From: Eledone cirrhosa
Taxonomy: Eukaryota
Length of the DNA: 64,000 nt
Direction: 5' to 3'
NCBI GenBank assembly: GCA_964016885.1
Contig: OZ024743.1
Span: 346,270,001-346,334,000 of the forward strand
Every line of letters starts with the position of its first letter. Positions within the stretch are counted from its first letter, which is position 1. Below, piece by piece: positions 43,040-56,909 of this stretch. Under the pieces are notes generated by a model. The model was not told the origin of the DNA, did not search any database, and was given only the letters and a program-made list of their open reading frames with translations. The translations under genes and the position numbers were made by a program.

Positions 43040-43110
<71 letters not shown>

Positions 43111-43115
<5 letters not shown>

Positions 43116-43988
43116 TGATTAATGTTCAGAGCCATCCTCAGCATTCTAGTGTAGCACCCATCCACCATCTGAGTGAGTTTCTTGGTCAGAGTCCAAGTCT
43201 CAGACCCGTACAGCACCACAGACTCCACTACAGCAATGACTTCCACACCGATCTCAAGCTGTGGTACGCCGCCCAGGCTTTGCTCTTCCTCTCAACCACA
43301 TCATCTTCCGTATTCCCAATCTTTGCTCCTAAATACAGGAAGTCCTCAACCAATTCTAGCGGCTCCCCGCCCACATTAGTGATCCCCTCTGGCTTCTCAA
43401 CATTCCCTACCAGATATTTTGTTTTAGTCAGATTCATTTTCAGCCCCACACTCATCGACACAGTCTCAACCTCCTGCATCAAATCCTCTGCCTTCTTCAC
43501 CGTATTTGTCACCAAAACTATGTCGTCGGCAAATTCACCATCTGATACCTTTTTCGCCTTAACTCTACTGCTCAGAGCCCGTCCTACAGTAAAGCCAGAG
43601 TCCTGGTGTTTCTCCAGTGCAAGGCGCATACAATAGTCCACTACGATGATAAAAAGGTATGGAGCCAATGGATACGCCAATCAGTATACACTGAGGATGA
43701 AAAACTCAGAACTGTATGGGAGCCTCCCAAAAGTCAGCTCAAAAGCCGCACAAAGGAGACTGAGGTTAGCTGGCCATACTCACCGACATCCAGATTTGAC
43801 ATTGCACTCAGTGCTATTGTGGTAACCCCTACATGGACACACTGGAAGAGGAGGACCAAGGTTAACGTATGTTGATGCCCTAAGGACAGACACTGGTCTG
43901 TTGGATACGCAGGAAATGGCAGCGATAATGAAGGACAGAGACCGCTGGAGAGAACTCGTCCATGGATCTCGGGAATTTTACCCACCCT

Positions 43989-43990
<2 letters not shown>
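43111..43990. mobile_element. RTE-group LINE with an inverted 5' segment (43111-43670 on -, 43679-43990 on +)
   Basis: Minus: [65 protein letters not shown]. Plus: NQYTLRMKNSELYGSLPKVS..RRLRLAGH..DRDRWRELV. (TA)n flanks both sides. Confidence 0.9.
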
Positions 43991-44027
<37 letters not shown>

Positions 44028-44337
44028 TTGACACATAATTTTATATGACGGCTAGGAGAAGGTATTGTGCTTTTTTTTAATAGCAACGTTAGTCTCGTTT
44101 GACGGAAAAAGGAGGTAAAGAAAGAAAAAAAGAAAGTAAATGAAGAAGAAAAGAAAAAGGGAAGTGGAAGACATTAAAATATCGAGTTAAAAATGTAATC
44201 TATTGAAATAATTGGTGGCGGGGGAGAACATAATGCGTTCGTCATAGATTTGTATATATAAAATTAGGAAAATATAATGTAATATATTATGTATATATAT
44301 GATAAGTATAGTAGTACTATATAAATATAGTAGTATA

Positions 44338-44475
<138 letters not shown>

Positions 44476-44553
44476 CGACAGTAGTGTGGTAAGGAACCAG
44501 ATGGAGACCATAAGGCACCAGAGTACTCAACATTTAGGGTAGTAGAGTGGGTA

Positions 44554-44665
44554 ATAGGAAATGTTCAACCCCAACGGCAGAGCTCAAACCGTTTCGACAG
44601 CTATTTCTGGGTCCAGGAATAGCCGTAGAAGCGGTTTGAGCTCTGCCGTCGAGGTTGAACATTTA

Positions 44666-44670
<5 letters not shown>
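44554..44670. repeat. Short fold-back element, family C
   Basis: ATAGG-AAATGTTCAACC..CGGCAGAGCTCAAACCG...CGGTTTGAGCTCTGCCG..GGTTGAACATTT-CCTAT. Confidence 0.9.
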
Positions 44671-44716
<46 letters not shown>

Positions 44717-44746
44717 ATATCAAAAGATGGTTAAAAGAGTTCCATG

Positions 44747-44811
44747 TATTTTATTATGCGCATTTCAAATATAATCATGCAATAACATTTGTGTTTTCAT
44801 CAGATAAAATA
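44747..44811 (-). ncRNA. Minimal type I hammerhead motif (homolog of 32551-32621)
   Basis: tattttat CTGATGA aaacacaaatg...tattt GAAA tgcgca TA ataaaata. Stem I is a perfect 8 bp. It lies in a ~145 bp element (44720-44865) embedded in (TA)n. Confidence 0.75.
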
Positions 44812-44903
44812 GGAAGACATGGTATGAAGGTTAAAAAACACTTGTGGATAGTGCAGTTTTAAATATATATATATAATTATGTAATAAACAACACAATATA
44901 ATT

Positions 44904-44972
44904 ATTCCATTATCCAAGGTTTCACGAAGTTAGACGATTCTGACAGAAGCATCTGAATTCATCAGAAGGAAT
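44904..44972 (-). ncRNA. Hammerhead-like motif
   Basis: attcctt CTGATGA attc-agatgcttct..agaatcgtct-aacttcgt GAAA ccttgg a TA atggaat. Stem I is 6/7 bp; there is one extra base before the cleavage site. Confidence 0.55.
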
Positions 44973-45260
44973 CTTTATATAAGATATGAAATTAAAATCT
45001 ATTATAAATGAAATTGAGGCTGAAATAAAATAACGGGAAAAATTCATGTACACACAGGATCAGATATACATAAATGCGCCGGACAACGTAAAATTAAGGA
45101 TAAAGATAAATATATATAATATATAGTAATAATAATACATTTGAAGACTATAATCCAAAGAGGGCTCAATAAGGATAAATATATATCAAATATATAAGAA
45201 GCGTAGAGCAAACATTCTTAACTCTGAAGCGGAGATTCATTCGGTTTCCTAGTTAGAATT

Positions 45261-45533
45261 TTAGTCGACGACTTCAGTTATACCATTTACGTGGTTTTGT
45301 CTTTGCGTGCAATTGTTCTCCACGCTCCACATATGACGTATTTTCTTCGTTTTTTCCGTTCATTGCCAGAGAACGTCTCTATGCACCACCTAAGAGAACA
45401 TTAGTCTACGACTTCTTTTATACCATAAACGTGGTCCTGTCTTTGCGTGTAATTGTATTTCACCGCTCCTATTAATGACGTATTATATTCGTTTTTTCCT
45501 GTTCTTTGCCAGGGAACGTTTCCACGAACCAAA
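45261..45533. repeat. Diverged tandem duplication, period ~140 bp
   Basis: TTAGTC..CGACTTC...ACGTGGT..TGTCTTTGCGTG.AATTGT...TTGCCAG.GAACGT occurs twice. Confidence 0.8.
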
Positions 45534-45685
45534 GTATCGTCTTCCTGTCTTCCTCCGGTTGCAACGTTTTTTTGAAATATCCACTTCTGCGTTTACAGAT
45601 TGACTTTGTTAGTTTCAGAAGATCCCGTTAAGGGTGAAAGCAGCGATTCTTTGCTTAAACTTTAATCTGTTATTTTAATAAATAA

Positions 45686-45723
<38 letters not shown>

Positions 45724-45814
45724 TTATATGAATATGTACGTCTACACATACATACAAACATTCATATACATAAATGTATGCGTGTGTGTGTAAAATTGAT
45801 AATTATATATATAA

Positions 45815-46404
45815 TACAATTTTTCAAGGCTCCCCTTTAAAAGTTCTTTTCCGTTTTGCCATGTTGCAGGTCATTGTCTTGTCCTCTCTGCTAATTTTCC
45901 AATGTTTATAAAAAATATTCTGTGACAAACGTGTTATCTCTTCTTCCCCACATGTTTTAAATGGCTTATGTATGACATCTTACTTTCTTCTTCTTGCTTT
46001 TCTTTCTCTTCCTTTGCTTCTTCACCTTTTTTCATTTCCGAGACTTTTGTGCTATAAGCACCACCACACTTTTTCCTGACGTCACATGAATTCTATATGT
46101 ACTTGTTTTAGCTTAATTGCTATAAATTAATGTTTTGTTTTTTATTCTCTTACTCCACTGGACAGGGTTTGGCTTGTGTGAGACACTGTGACCCCGGGTG
46201 AACTAGCAGTTGTGTTGTTAGGAGTCGAAACTGCCAAAGTCAACCTGAAATGTCGATGAACCTAGAGTTCTGTGTCTTTCGTTTGTATTATAATTTTAAA
46301 AATAAAGCAATTTTTCAAGATTCCTTTTAAAAAATTGTTTTTCGTTTTGCATTGTTTTTGTTCGGGGACTTGATCTTTCTCTTAATTTTCATATATATAT
46401 ATGA

Positions 46405-46483
<79 letters not shown>

Positions 46484-47035
46484 AGGGAGAGAGAGAGAGA
46501 GAGAATGTGAGAGAGAGATAGTAATTTATTTACGTATATCTATATATATATAATGTAATGGAGTCTATTTTCCTAATTTTAATATTACTAATCTTTGATG
46601 AACGTGTTCTTTTTTCTCCCCTGCATAATTTCAAAGTATTACATTTTAAACATGATATTCAATTTTCTTCTACTTGTTTTTATTCCTTTGTTCTTTTTTT
46701 TTTTACTTTACCTCTTTTTTAGTCTCAGGAGACTATCCTTTTTATAAAAATCACAATAACTTCTCCTATTCGTTACATAACACTCTATGTGTACCAGTTA
46801 TGGCTTAATTGGTATAAGCTATTTTTTTTTTATCATTTAATCTACAGACAGTGTTTTGGATTGTGTCAAACGGTGTAACTCCGAGTGTACCAGCAGTACC
46901 GTCTGTCGGTGTCAAAACTGCGAAAATCCATATCTACGGCTGAAGACCTTGGAGTCTGTCTTTCGTTTCCTCTTGAAAAAAAATGTTTCGTTCTGACTTG
47001 TTCTCGTTCGTTGTCTTCTTCTTAATTTTCCTGAT
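45815..47035. repeat. Old tandem repeat, ~490 bp unit, interrupted by (GA)n
   Basis: Matching blocks: CAATTTTTCAAG at 45817/46308; GCTTAATTG.TATAA at 46111/46803; GACAG.GTTT.G..TTGTGT at 46161/46847. Confidence 0.65.
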
Positions 47036-47052
47036 TATACATATATACATGC

Positions 47053-47134
<82 letters not shown>

Positions 47135-47192
47135 AGAGAGAGATGTGTTTATATATATATGTCTGTAGATATATGTTTATATGTATGTGTGC

Positions 47193-47244
<52 letters not shown>

Positions 47245-47939
47245 GTGTGTATGTATACACGTGCGTATATGTGATATATGTGTGTATGTATGTATGTGTG
47301 TATATATGTACATATTTATATATATATATATATGTGTGTATGCGTGTGTATGTATGTGTGTGTTTGTAGGTTTATATACGTATGTTTGTACATGTAGGTG
47401 TGGGTGTATGCACGTGTGTGTATATATATATATATATATGCGTGTGTATGCGTGTATATGTGTGTGTGTAGATGTGTATATATATGTGTATGCATGTATG
47501 TGTATATATGTGTATGTGTGTGTATATATGTATGTGTATATATGTGTGTGTGTGTTGATATGTGTTGATAAGTGTGTGTATGTGTGTGTGTATGTATGTA
47601 ATATATATGCACTGTAAATATATTTACATATAGGGAAGTGAATATGTGAGGTAGCCCCCCCCCACACACACACACACTTCCTCTCCCAAACCAATATCAA
47701 CGACACATTTTTGACAAATGTTCCAAAACTACCCTTCCTTTCTCTTTTTACTGTCATCCCATTCTTAACAAAAGACATGTATTTTACGCCTCATTAAAAC
47801 CCACCACCACCGAAATTCTTCTTTGATATAGACATTTGTAGAAGATATTCTTTATAAATTTAAGAGAGTTGATTCAGCTATAAGAAACGACTTTGAAAAA
47901 CACCCTGCCATTATATACTCATGAAAGGTCAGCTAAAGA

Positions 47940-48090
47940 AATAATTGTGTCTACTTTTGGCACAAGGCCAGCAAATACACCAGTGTATTACTGGTACTTT
48001 ATTTTATCGACCGCGTAAGGATGAAAGGCAAAGTCAACCCCGGCGGGATTTGAACTCAGATCGTAAAGGGACGTAACTATGCTGGAAAGA
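47940..48090 (-). mobile_element. Meta-domain SINE copy (5'-truncated); a further partial copy lies at 48447-48540
   Basis: Reverse complement of the 4931 family. Confidence 0.8.
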
Positions 48091-48553
48091 ATAATACCAG
48101 CAGGAGGGGATGTTTACAACCACCTTCCCAAACACCCTTATCTTGATGTCAACCTCACCATTTTCTGAGTGTATATATGTATGTGTGTGTATATGTGTGT
48201 CTGTGTGTGTGTATGCTTTAATTCCTCCAAATCTTCATCAACACTCATTAACACTACACCCCACACCCAGACACATCCAAATCTCTCTTATATATAGTCA
48301 CACACCTCAACACAGCCTGAGCTCAGTTTGACAATCACCACCGACGAATGCGAGAGAGTTCTCCAACAAAGTTAACCAGGAATCTTTAAAATTATTCCCA
48401 CCGAAGTTAACAAAGAACTTACTAGATCTACCAACTCATAATATTATAATAGTTTCTATTTTCGGCACAAGGCCAGCAAATACACAGGACATTACTGGTA
48501 CTTTATTTTATCGACCCCGTAAGAATGAAAGGCAAAGTTAATTAACACTACAA

Positions 48554-48670
48554 GGCGTGTGGCTGAGTGGTTAGAGAGTTGGATTCACAATCTTGAGGTT
48601 GTGAGTTCAATTCCTGGACAGGACGATGCGTTATGTCCTTGAGCAAGACAATTTATTCCATGTTGCTCCT
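48554..48670 (+). mobile_element. tRNA-derived SINE head with a CORE-like block
   Basis: TGGCTGAGTGG A-box, GAGTTCAATTCC B-box, TGTCCTTGAGCAAGACA. Confidence 0.65.
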
Positions 48671-50261
48671 TCTACCTGGAGTTGCGACCGATAGATAGTA
48701 TTAGCAATTGGAAAGACCGGCGGAAACATTGTTTCCTCGGTCCGATTTGACGAAAGTTTATCGATAAAAAAAAAATATATATATATATATACTCGTGTGT
48801 GGGTGTGTAATCACTGTTTTAAGTACACATGTTTACTGGTATATATATAATTAGGTAAATATTTTTGACCTTTCTTAGAAAAGTACACGTTTTAACTATT
48901 TATAATTTTTTGGAAGGGACCTCGCGTGTTCGTGAATAAGCGGTTTTTCTCTATTGGAAAATACCTAAGTATATATATAGACATTGTATGTGTGTATCTT
49001 TTTGGCTTTGAATTTGTTTTCATATATTTTCATACCTATTTACCCTACTTATACCTATATATACATCATATTTTTACACACGAATGTAGTCATTATTCAT
49101 CAGAAAATATATAGATAACAAAATAAATCGTACATTTAAAACATTTCTTTACAACAATATATAGCAAAAAATCACGATAATAACAAAATACGCATAAAAA
49201 CTACAAATAAATCTCGAAATCAGTTTTAACATATCCATAGTTTGTTGTTATACGTTAGGATGATTTAATTAAATTTAAATTGAAGTTTCTATCGAATTCG
49301 ATGTAAACCTTGAATTTCAATGTATGACAGAGTTTAATATCGGCTGGGCAACATAATATTTCATGTACACTGGCGATCTTTTTTATCTACATTTCATTTG
49401 TTTCTATTTGCCTTGCTAACTTTTGTTTTGTGTTCTTGTTCTTCGTATTTCAATTCATGTTGGCTAAGTTGCTGTTGTTCTTATTTTTGATGATTTTGAA
49501 GGTTCTTTTTATTACTATTATTCATCACCATACAGCATTTCCTCCCCGATGTGTTTGTTGTTGTTGTTGTTGTATATGTATGTGTCGTTATTTTTGGAGA
49601 ATGTGTCTGTCTTTGGTGTTATTGTTGCTGTTTTTTCTACTGCGTTGTTTTAATTTCTACTGTTGTTGCTCTCTCTGTGATATTATTATTCCTGTTGTTA
49701 CACTTGCTGTTATCTCTCTTGTAATATTTGTTACTATTCTGAGATCTAATACTTCTGCTAATTTTCCGTGTTTATGATGATGTTGTGTTTTCGAATGATG
49801 GTCGTGTTTGTGTGTTTATGTTGAGGGGGTTGTTGTGTGTGAATGCTTGTATGTATTATTTTTGGAGTGTGTTTACGTATTTGTCTGAATGTGTGTATAA
49901 ATAAAACAACAATGTTATATATATATATGTGGGGGGGGGGTATGTATGTATGTATGTATGTATGTATGTATACATGGAAACCTTTGACAAAAATTGAATT
50001 CAAATTTTCAATTTTGCATCGGTCTATTATACTCTCTTTCATTTTCCCCTACAGCAATATAGGAAACTTATAACAAAGGCATATAAACATGAAAAACAGG
50101 AAAAAGTATTTTTAAAATTATTTCCTTCAAATAACATGTTTTCGCACAACTTTATTATATTATTTACTCGGTGCAGGATAAAAGTATGGACTCATCCCAT
50201 CTTTATACTCTCGTGATAAAAATAAACAAGGTGCGTCCAGGGGCTTGTTATTGTGAAGTTG

Positions 50262-50470
50262 ATGCGTTCGTTCCCTTAGTAGTTGAGACTTCTGGTGTCC
50301 TTGGCCCTAGGGCTACCTCCCTACATACCATGATAGGCGCTGAGCTGGCCAGCCACATATGTGAGCCTCGCCAGATGGAATGGTTCTACCAGCGCATCTC
50401 CATTACCATCCTCCAGGGAAACGCATTCTCCATTCTGTCCGCTGGGGATGTGGGACGGCCAGCACGTACG
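50262..50470 (+). mobile_element. CRE-like RLE retrotransposon, extreme 3' coding fragment
   Basis: FVPLVVETSGVLGPRA...WFYQRISITILQGNAFSIL is the conserved RLE C-terminus. Confidence 0.75.
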
Positions 50471-50876
50471 ACCCCATTTGCTTACAGAGACATGGGAAGG
50501 GCGAGAGATATGGAGGCGATGACGGTGGAAGTTTGGTTCTTTCGTGTTCGGACACATTTTTTAAACTAGGTTTTATGAAACAATTGTACCATGAATTAAA
50601 CAGGCCTCTGACCACTTGAAAAGGAGAAGTGTTGGAAACAGTAAAGATGGGAGACAAAAATGATTGAAGAGAAAAGGATTGATTTAGTTGGGTTGGTACC
50701 CATATTGTTGACGAGTTTAATGTTAAAAAAAGGCAACAAATGGAAATAAATTATTTACAACAGATGCATTAATGATATTTTTAATATTTGATATCGAATT
50801 AGAAAATGTGGAAGGCAAATTTTTCTAGGAGTTTACATCTGGTCATATATCATGAGTTCATAGAAGTAAACAGTGT

Positions 50877-51056
50877 AATAATTGTTTCTACTTTTGGCAC
50901 AATTATCCCAGTACATTACTGGTACTTTATTTTATCGACCCCGTAAGGATGAAAGGCAAAGTAAACCTTGGCGGGAATTGAACTCAGATCGTAAAGGGAC
51001 GTATCTATGCTGGAAAGCATATCCTACCCTTTACCGATACTGCCAATTCACCGCCC
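50877..51056 (-). mobile_element. Meta-domain SINE copy; a partial + strand copy lies at 51514-51620
   Basis: Same family as 4931. Confidence 0.8.
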
Positions 51057-51616
51057 TTAAACAGGGTAATAACACAAGTAAAAGTTGATGTCCAAGATGT
51101 TGTAATGTGTTAGATTGTTTTTGTTGTTGCTTACTTCAAAGAGGTCCCTAATTGAGCAAGCCTGTGCTCAAATATGTTTCCGCCGTGATCATTCTTTTTT
51201 TCAGATATATTATTATTTAGGATTGCACTATCCAATGACATCTAATATTTTAACAGTTTGCTCCAGTATACTCAGCTGAAAATGAGTACCTGTCCAGGGG
51301 GAAGTATTGTACTCTCAGTCACTTCACGCCAAGAAACGGGATAAGCACCGGCCAAATGAGCCTTCTGGCCAAATTAGGCTTCTGACTATAGATTATATAT
51401 AGATATATATAATTTGGTTTTGAATATTGGACTAACAACACACGAACACCACACACATACACCCGCACATACGCGCATACACACACACACTTATATAAAT
51501 ACATACATACATCCCGTCGTGGTTAATTTCCCTTTCATCCTTATGGGATCGATAAAATAAAGTGCCAGTAATGCACTGGGATAATTGCTGGCCTTGTGCC
51601 AAAGGTAGAAACAATT

Positions 51617-51827
51617 ATTAATATTCGGTTCGTTTGCAAGCAAACACACGCATAAGACTATATGTGTTTGCTATAGGATTGGCGCCATCCTTGATAAGAA
51701 TCAATAACTCCGAAACAATGTAGACTACTCTCTCTGCTACCTGTGGCACAAAAGGATGACGTCAGTCGCCTAAAAAACACATACGGTGTTATGAGGTTGT
51801 CTGCTTGCAAACGAACCCAATATTAAT
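51617..51827. mobile_element. Inverted-repeat element, family B (decayed)
   Basis: ATTAATATT.GGTTCGTTTGCAAGCA..TGCTTGCAAACGAACC.AATATTAAT; termini and spacer resemble 58847-59083. Confidence 0.75.
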
Positions 51828-51883
51828 TATATTATAACATTATTATTATTATTCACTCTCGATTACGTACCCTCCCCCCATAT

Positions 51884-51927
<44 letters not shown>

Positions 51928-51928
<1 letters not shown>

Positions 51929-52667
51929 TACGAGAGTGCAAGAGAAGGAGAGGGAGAAAATTAACCGATACCAGGACTTAAAGTGGGAGGTAAAAAGGAT
52001 TTGGAACTGCCATGAAGTCAAAGTGGTACCGATTGTCATAGGCACTAGGTACAATCTCAATACATACATTGGATAATGTGTAAGCATTTTGACCTGCCCC
52101 ATCAAAAGAATTGGTGGGAGCATCAACCACCTCCCATACATGAAAAAGATCACATCTCAATCTTGTGGAACTTTAGCATCCAAACAGACCGAAAAATAGA
52201 TGCAAACAGACCTGATATAATATTGAAGGACTTTCAAAAGAGGGTATGCCTGCTAATTGATATGTCTGTTCCAATAGACAAGAATGTATCTATAAAAACA
52301 TTTGAAAAGTTGAGCAAGTATAAGGACCTGGAGATAGAAATTGGAAAAATGTGGAAATTGAGAACTAAAACAATACCAGTGGTTGTAGGCGCTCTGGGAA
52401 TGATACCTAAGGGGTCTAATGACTACTTATCGCAAATCCCAGGAAACCCGCGTATAGGAGAAATACAAAAGATAGTACTAATGGGAACTGCCCATATACT
52501 AAGGAAGATTCTGTCAATATAAGTACATCACAAGTCTAAACACTAAAGATGCATGTGTGAATATGTATGTTCTTTCTTGAACACGGCGGACCTTGTTGTC
52601 TCTTGAGATCACTGGTTGTGACTTGGTGATAACTCGTATGAACATAAAGCAAGATAAATGCAACTGT
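51928..52667 (+). mobile_element. R4/Dong-clade non-LTR 3' fragments (two joined) inside (AAT)n
   Basis: ILWNFSIQTDRKIDANRPDIILKD..LLIDMSVP..EKLSKYKDLEIEIGKMW..IPVVVGALG..IQKIVLMGTAHILRKIL* (52076-52522, PD..D RLE). An upstream second fragment reads EKINRYQDLKWEVKRIW..VVPIVIG. (AAT)n flanks both sides. Confidence 0.88.
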
Positions 52668-53653
52668 AATAATAACAATAATAATAATAATAATAATAAT
52701 AATAGTAATAAGTTTCAGACGATCCCGTTAAGTGAGAAAGCGGCGATTCTTTGCTTAAACTTTAATCTGTTATTTTAATATATATATATATATATAGACT
52801 TTGACTGAGCTCGAAACCCAGAGCAGGTTCTCTACCGTCTCTAATACCTACCATTAGGCCACGGAGACACGATGAATTAATATTGGTTTTGAAATAACTA
52901 ATTAACCCGCGTGTGTTTTATATTTTGCTCTTAATAATTCGGCCGGAGAATTCTATTCCCATTTGCCCTTTATAGCATAACTTTCTGCATTTACTGCAGT
53001 TATGAGAAGCGGTTCTTATTCGGGTACAACTTCTGATTTAGCCTAAGAAAATATCTATATGCGTGTGTAATTTATACAAGCATATATTCATTTTTTTATT
53101 TTCAATTGAGATGGATTGATAATGTTTTCAAAAAAACTAATTAACCCGCGTGTATATTATTTTTTTTCCTCATTTCGTGGATCGTGGGTTGTCTCCCCTT
53201 CCCGCTTCGTGTCGCTATGATACTTCCTCAGTCAAAAACTGCTGGAATTTCAAATTTGGTGGTCATTCGAGGTGAGAGAGAGCAACTTTACGGACATGAT
53301 TTTTGACAGCGGTAAGAAATTGTTTTCTTATATCAATGTTTAATGGGCTTCCGCTGATGATTTATTAGTGCCCACCTAAATATATTCTTACATGAATATA
53401 TATTAGGCTTCTACATAAACTGGAAACATTCTCCCAAACTTGTAGAAAGCTTATAATGCAACAATTGTTTGGAAAGAGAGATATACTTTAACTTTAATTA
53501 TATCTCATAAAATAATACAACTGGTTTTTCCACATTATAAAATTGTTAGCACCCCAAACACTTAAATTGGGTTTATATTTTAATATAACCTAATGTTTGT
53601 TGAGTGAGATATTACCAGTCAGAGTTTAGCTTTAAACTATCTCTGTTATTGTA

Positions 53654-53866
<213 letters not shown>

Positions 53867-53900
53867 GAGGTGTAACACACAAGTTATTATATATTGGCAA

Positions 53901-54256
53901 ACGGAATAGAAAATGCTGACAAATTGTTCACAGTGAAAAATAGTTTAATTAGGAATAAGTGAGAATTAGTAATAGTATTGGTTAGTATTCAGTTTTGGTC
54001 TTAAGTTTTACCGGTTGCGCATTTCTAATGCTTTTCAAAAATAATTTAGAGATAGAGCGTCCGTGATGTTTACTCTGATCTAAGCAAACATCACGGACGC
54101 TCTATCTCAAAATTATTTTTGAAAAGCATTAGAAATGCGCAACCGGAAAAACTGAAAACCAAAACTGAATACTAACCAATACTATTACTAATTCTCACTT
54201 ATTCCTAATTAAACTATTTTTCACTGTGAACAATTTGTCAGCATTTTCTATTCCGT
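53901..54256. mobile_element. Fold-back element, family A (second copy)
   Basis: Arms of ~172 bp are inverted about ~54078. It is homologous to 7803-8185 and abuts (TA)n. Confidence 0.92.
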
Positions 54257-54259
54257 ATA

Positions 54260-54360
<101 letters not shown>

Positions 54361-54507
54361 ATATATGTATATATATATGTATGTATATATGTATATATAT
54401 ATGTATATATATATGTATGTATATATGTATATATATACATACATATATATATGTATATATATACATATATATATGTATGTATATATATATATGTATGTAT
54501 ATATATA

Positions 54508-55099
<592 letters not shown>

Positions 55100-55115
55100 A
55101 TATATATATATATAC

Positions 55116-55355
<240 letters not shown>

Positions 55356-55425
55356 GTATATATGTATATATATATATGTATATATATATATGTATATATA
55401 TATATTTCGTTTCTGAATTTCTAAT

Positions 55426-56420
55426 GACATAAATGGGACCTGCCCCTTGTATAGGAGCAAATTTTGGAATAGAATAGAAAGAACTAGGAACAAGGCCAAT
55501 AGAATAAACTCATGGTATGATAGCAGTAAATACCAGAGTGTAATGTTCATCAATACAACCCCTAGAGGCGAACTAGCCTACAAATTTAGAAGGGCCCTAA
55601 ATAAACATAAACTCAATATTAAGATAGTAGAAAGACCAGGTACCTCCGTAAAAACACTTATTAGCAAGACATACCCGTTTCAAAGACCCTCATGTATAGA
55701 TAAGAAATGTATAACCTGTAAAATAAGCCCCCATATTAACTTTAAAACTAGAAATGTAGTGTATAGCATAAGATCTACTGAAGGACAATGTAGAAACAAA
55801 AATATAGTGTACATAGGTGAGACAGCTCGTAGTATAGGGGAACGGATAAATGAACACTGGCGAGACCTTCAAGATAATAAAGAATCATCTGTACTCTACC
55901 AACATGCTAAGATAGAACACAAGGGTAAATTATAGAACATAGAAATAAAAATAGAATCCACACACAGAAAAGATGCAATGTTTAGGCAAATTACAGAGGC
56001 AGTAAGCATAAAAGAATTACAACCAAAATTAAATAGAAAATATGAGTGGAACAGCAACATCACAACTTACAATTAAGGACAAAATGAAAACACACACACA
56101 CATAGAACAAACAACCAACCAACAGCATGTAAATAAATAAACAAATAGATAAATGAACACAAACACACACAGACACCCGGATGTGGCGCATGCGCAAACT
56201 GAGCACACGACACACACACAGAAACAAAATGGCGTAGGACAGAAGAAAGGAAAGGCACAGAAACAAAGAAAGGAATCCCCAGTCACTGAAGAGGTCACAG
56301 AGTGTGTGACGAAAGGACTATGACTATATATAAACAACTATCTGGTTGTGGAACCAACCAACCAACCAGAAATGTATAAGTTTGTAGATTTGTAAATTTA
56401 TAAATTTATAAATATATAAT
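55426..56420 (+). mobile_element. Penelope-like element 3' part (Cys-rich linker, GIY-YIG, 3'UTR/pLTR)
   Basis: C-x4-C-x2-C linker, NVVYSI..YIGETARSIGERINEH..HAKIEH. One in-frame TAG at 55933-55935, then RQITEAVSIKELQPKLNRKYEW to a stop at 56076. Located between (TA)n tracts. Confidence 0.9.
56281..56325 (+). ncRNA. Minimal type I hammerhead motif in the Penelope 3'UTR
   Basis: agtca CTGAAGA g-gtcaca-gagtg-tgtgac GAAA ggac TA tgact; perfect 5 bp stem I, 6 bp stem II. Confidence 0.75.
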
Positions 56421-56483
56421 AAATTGAAGTGAAAGCAACTGGTGCGTGTGTTTCTTATTGGCAACATGACCCTCCCAAAGTAT

Positions 56484-56685
<202 letters not shown>

Positions 56686-56690
56686 ATGTA

Positions 56691-56783
<93 letters not shown>

Positions 56784-56788
56784 GTATA

Positions 56789-56909
<121 letters not shown>

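Noticed and set aside
52520-52710. Idea that the Dong/R4 element mobilises the Meta-domain SINE
   Set aside because: The 3' ends share no visible similarity, and the tails are opposite strands ((AAT)n versus (ATT)n)
52803-52870. tRNA-like sequence on the minus strand (TGGCCTAATGG, GGTTTCGAGCTC)
   Set aside because: The acceptor and T stems do not pair; at best a SINE head or pseudogene
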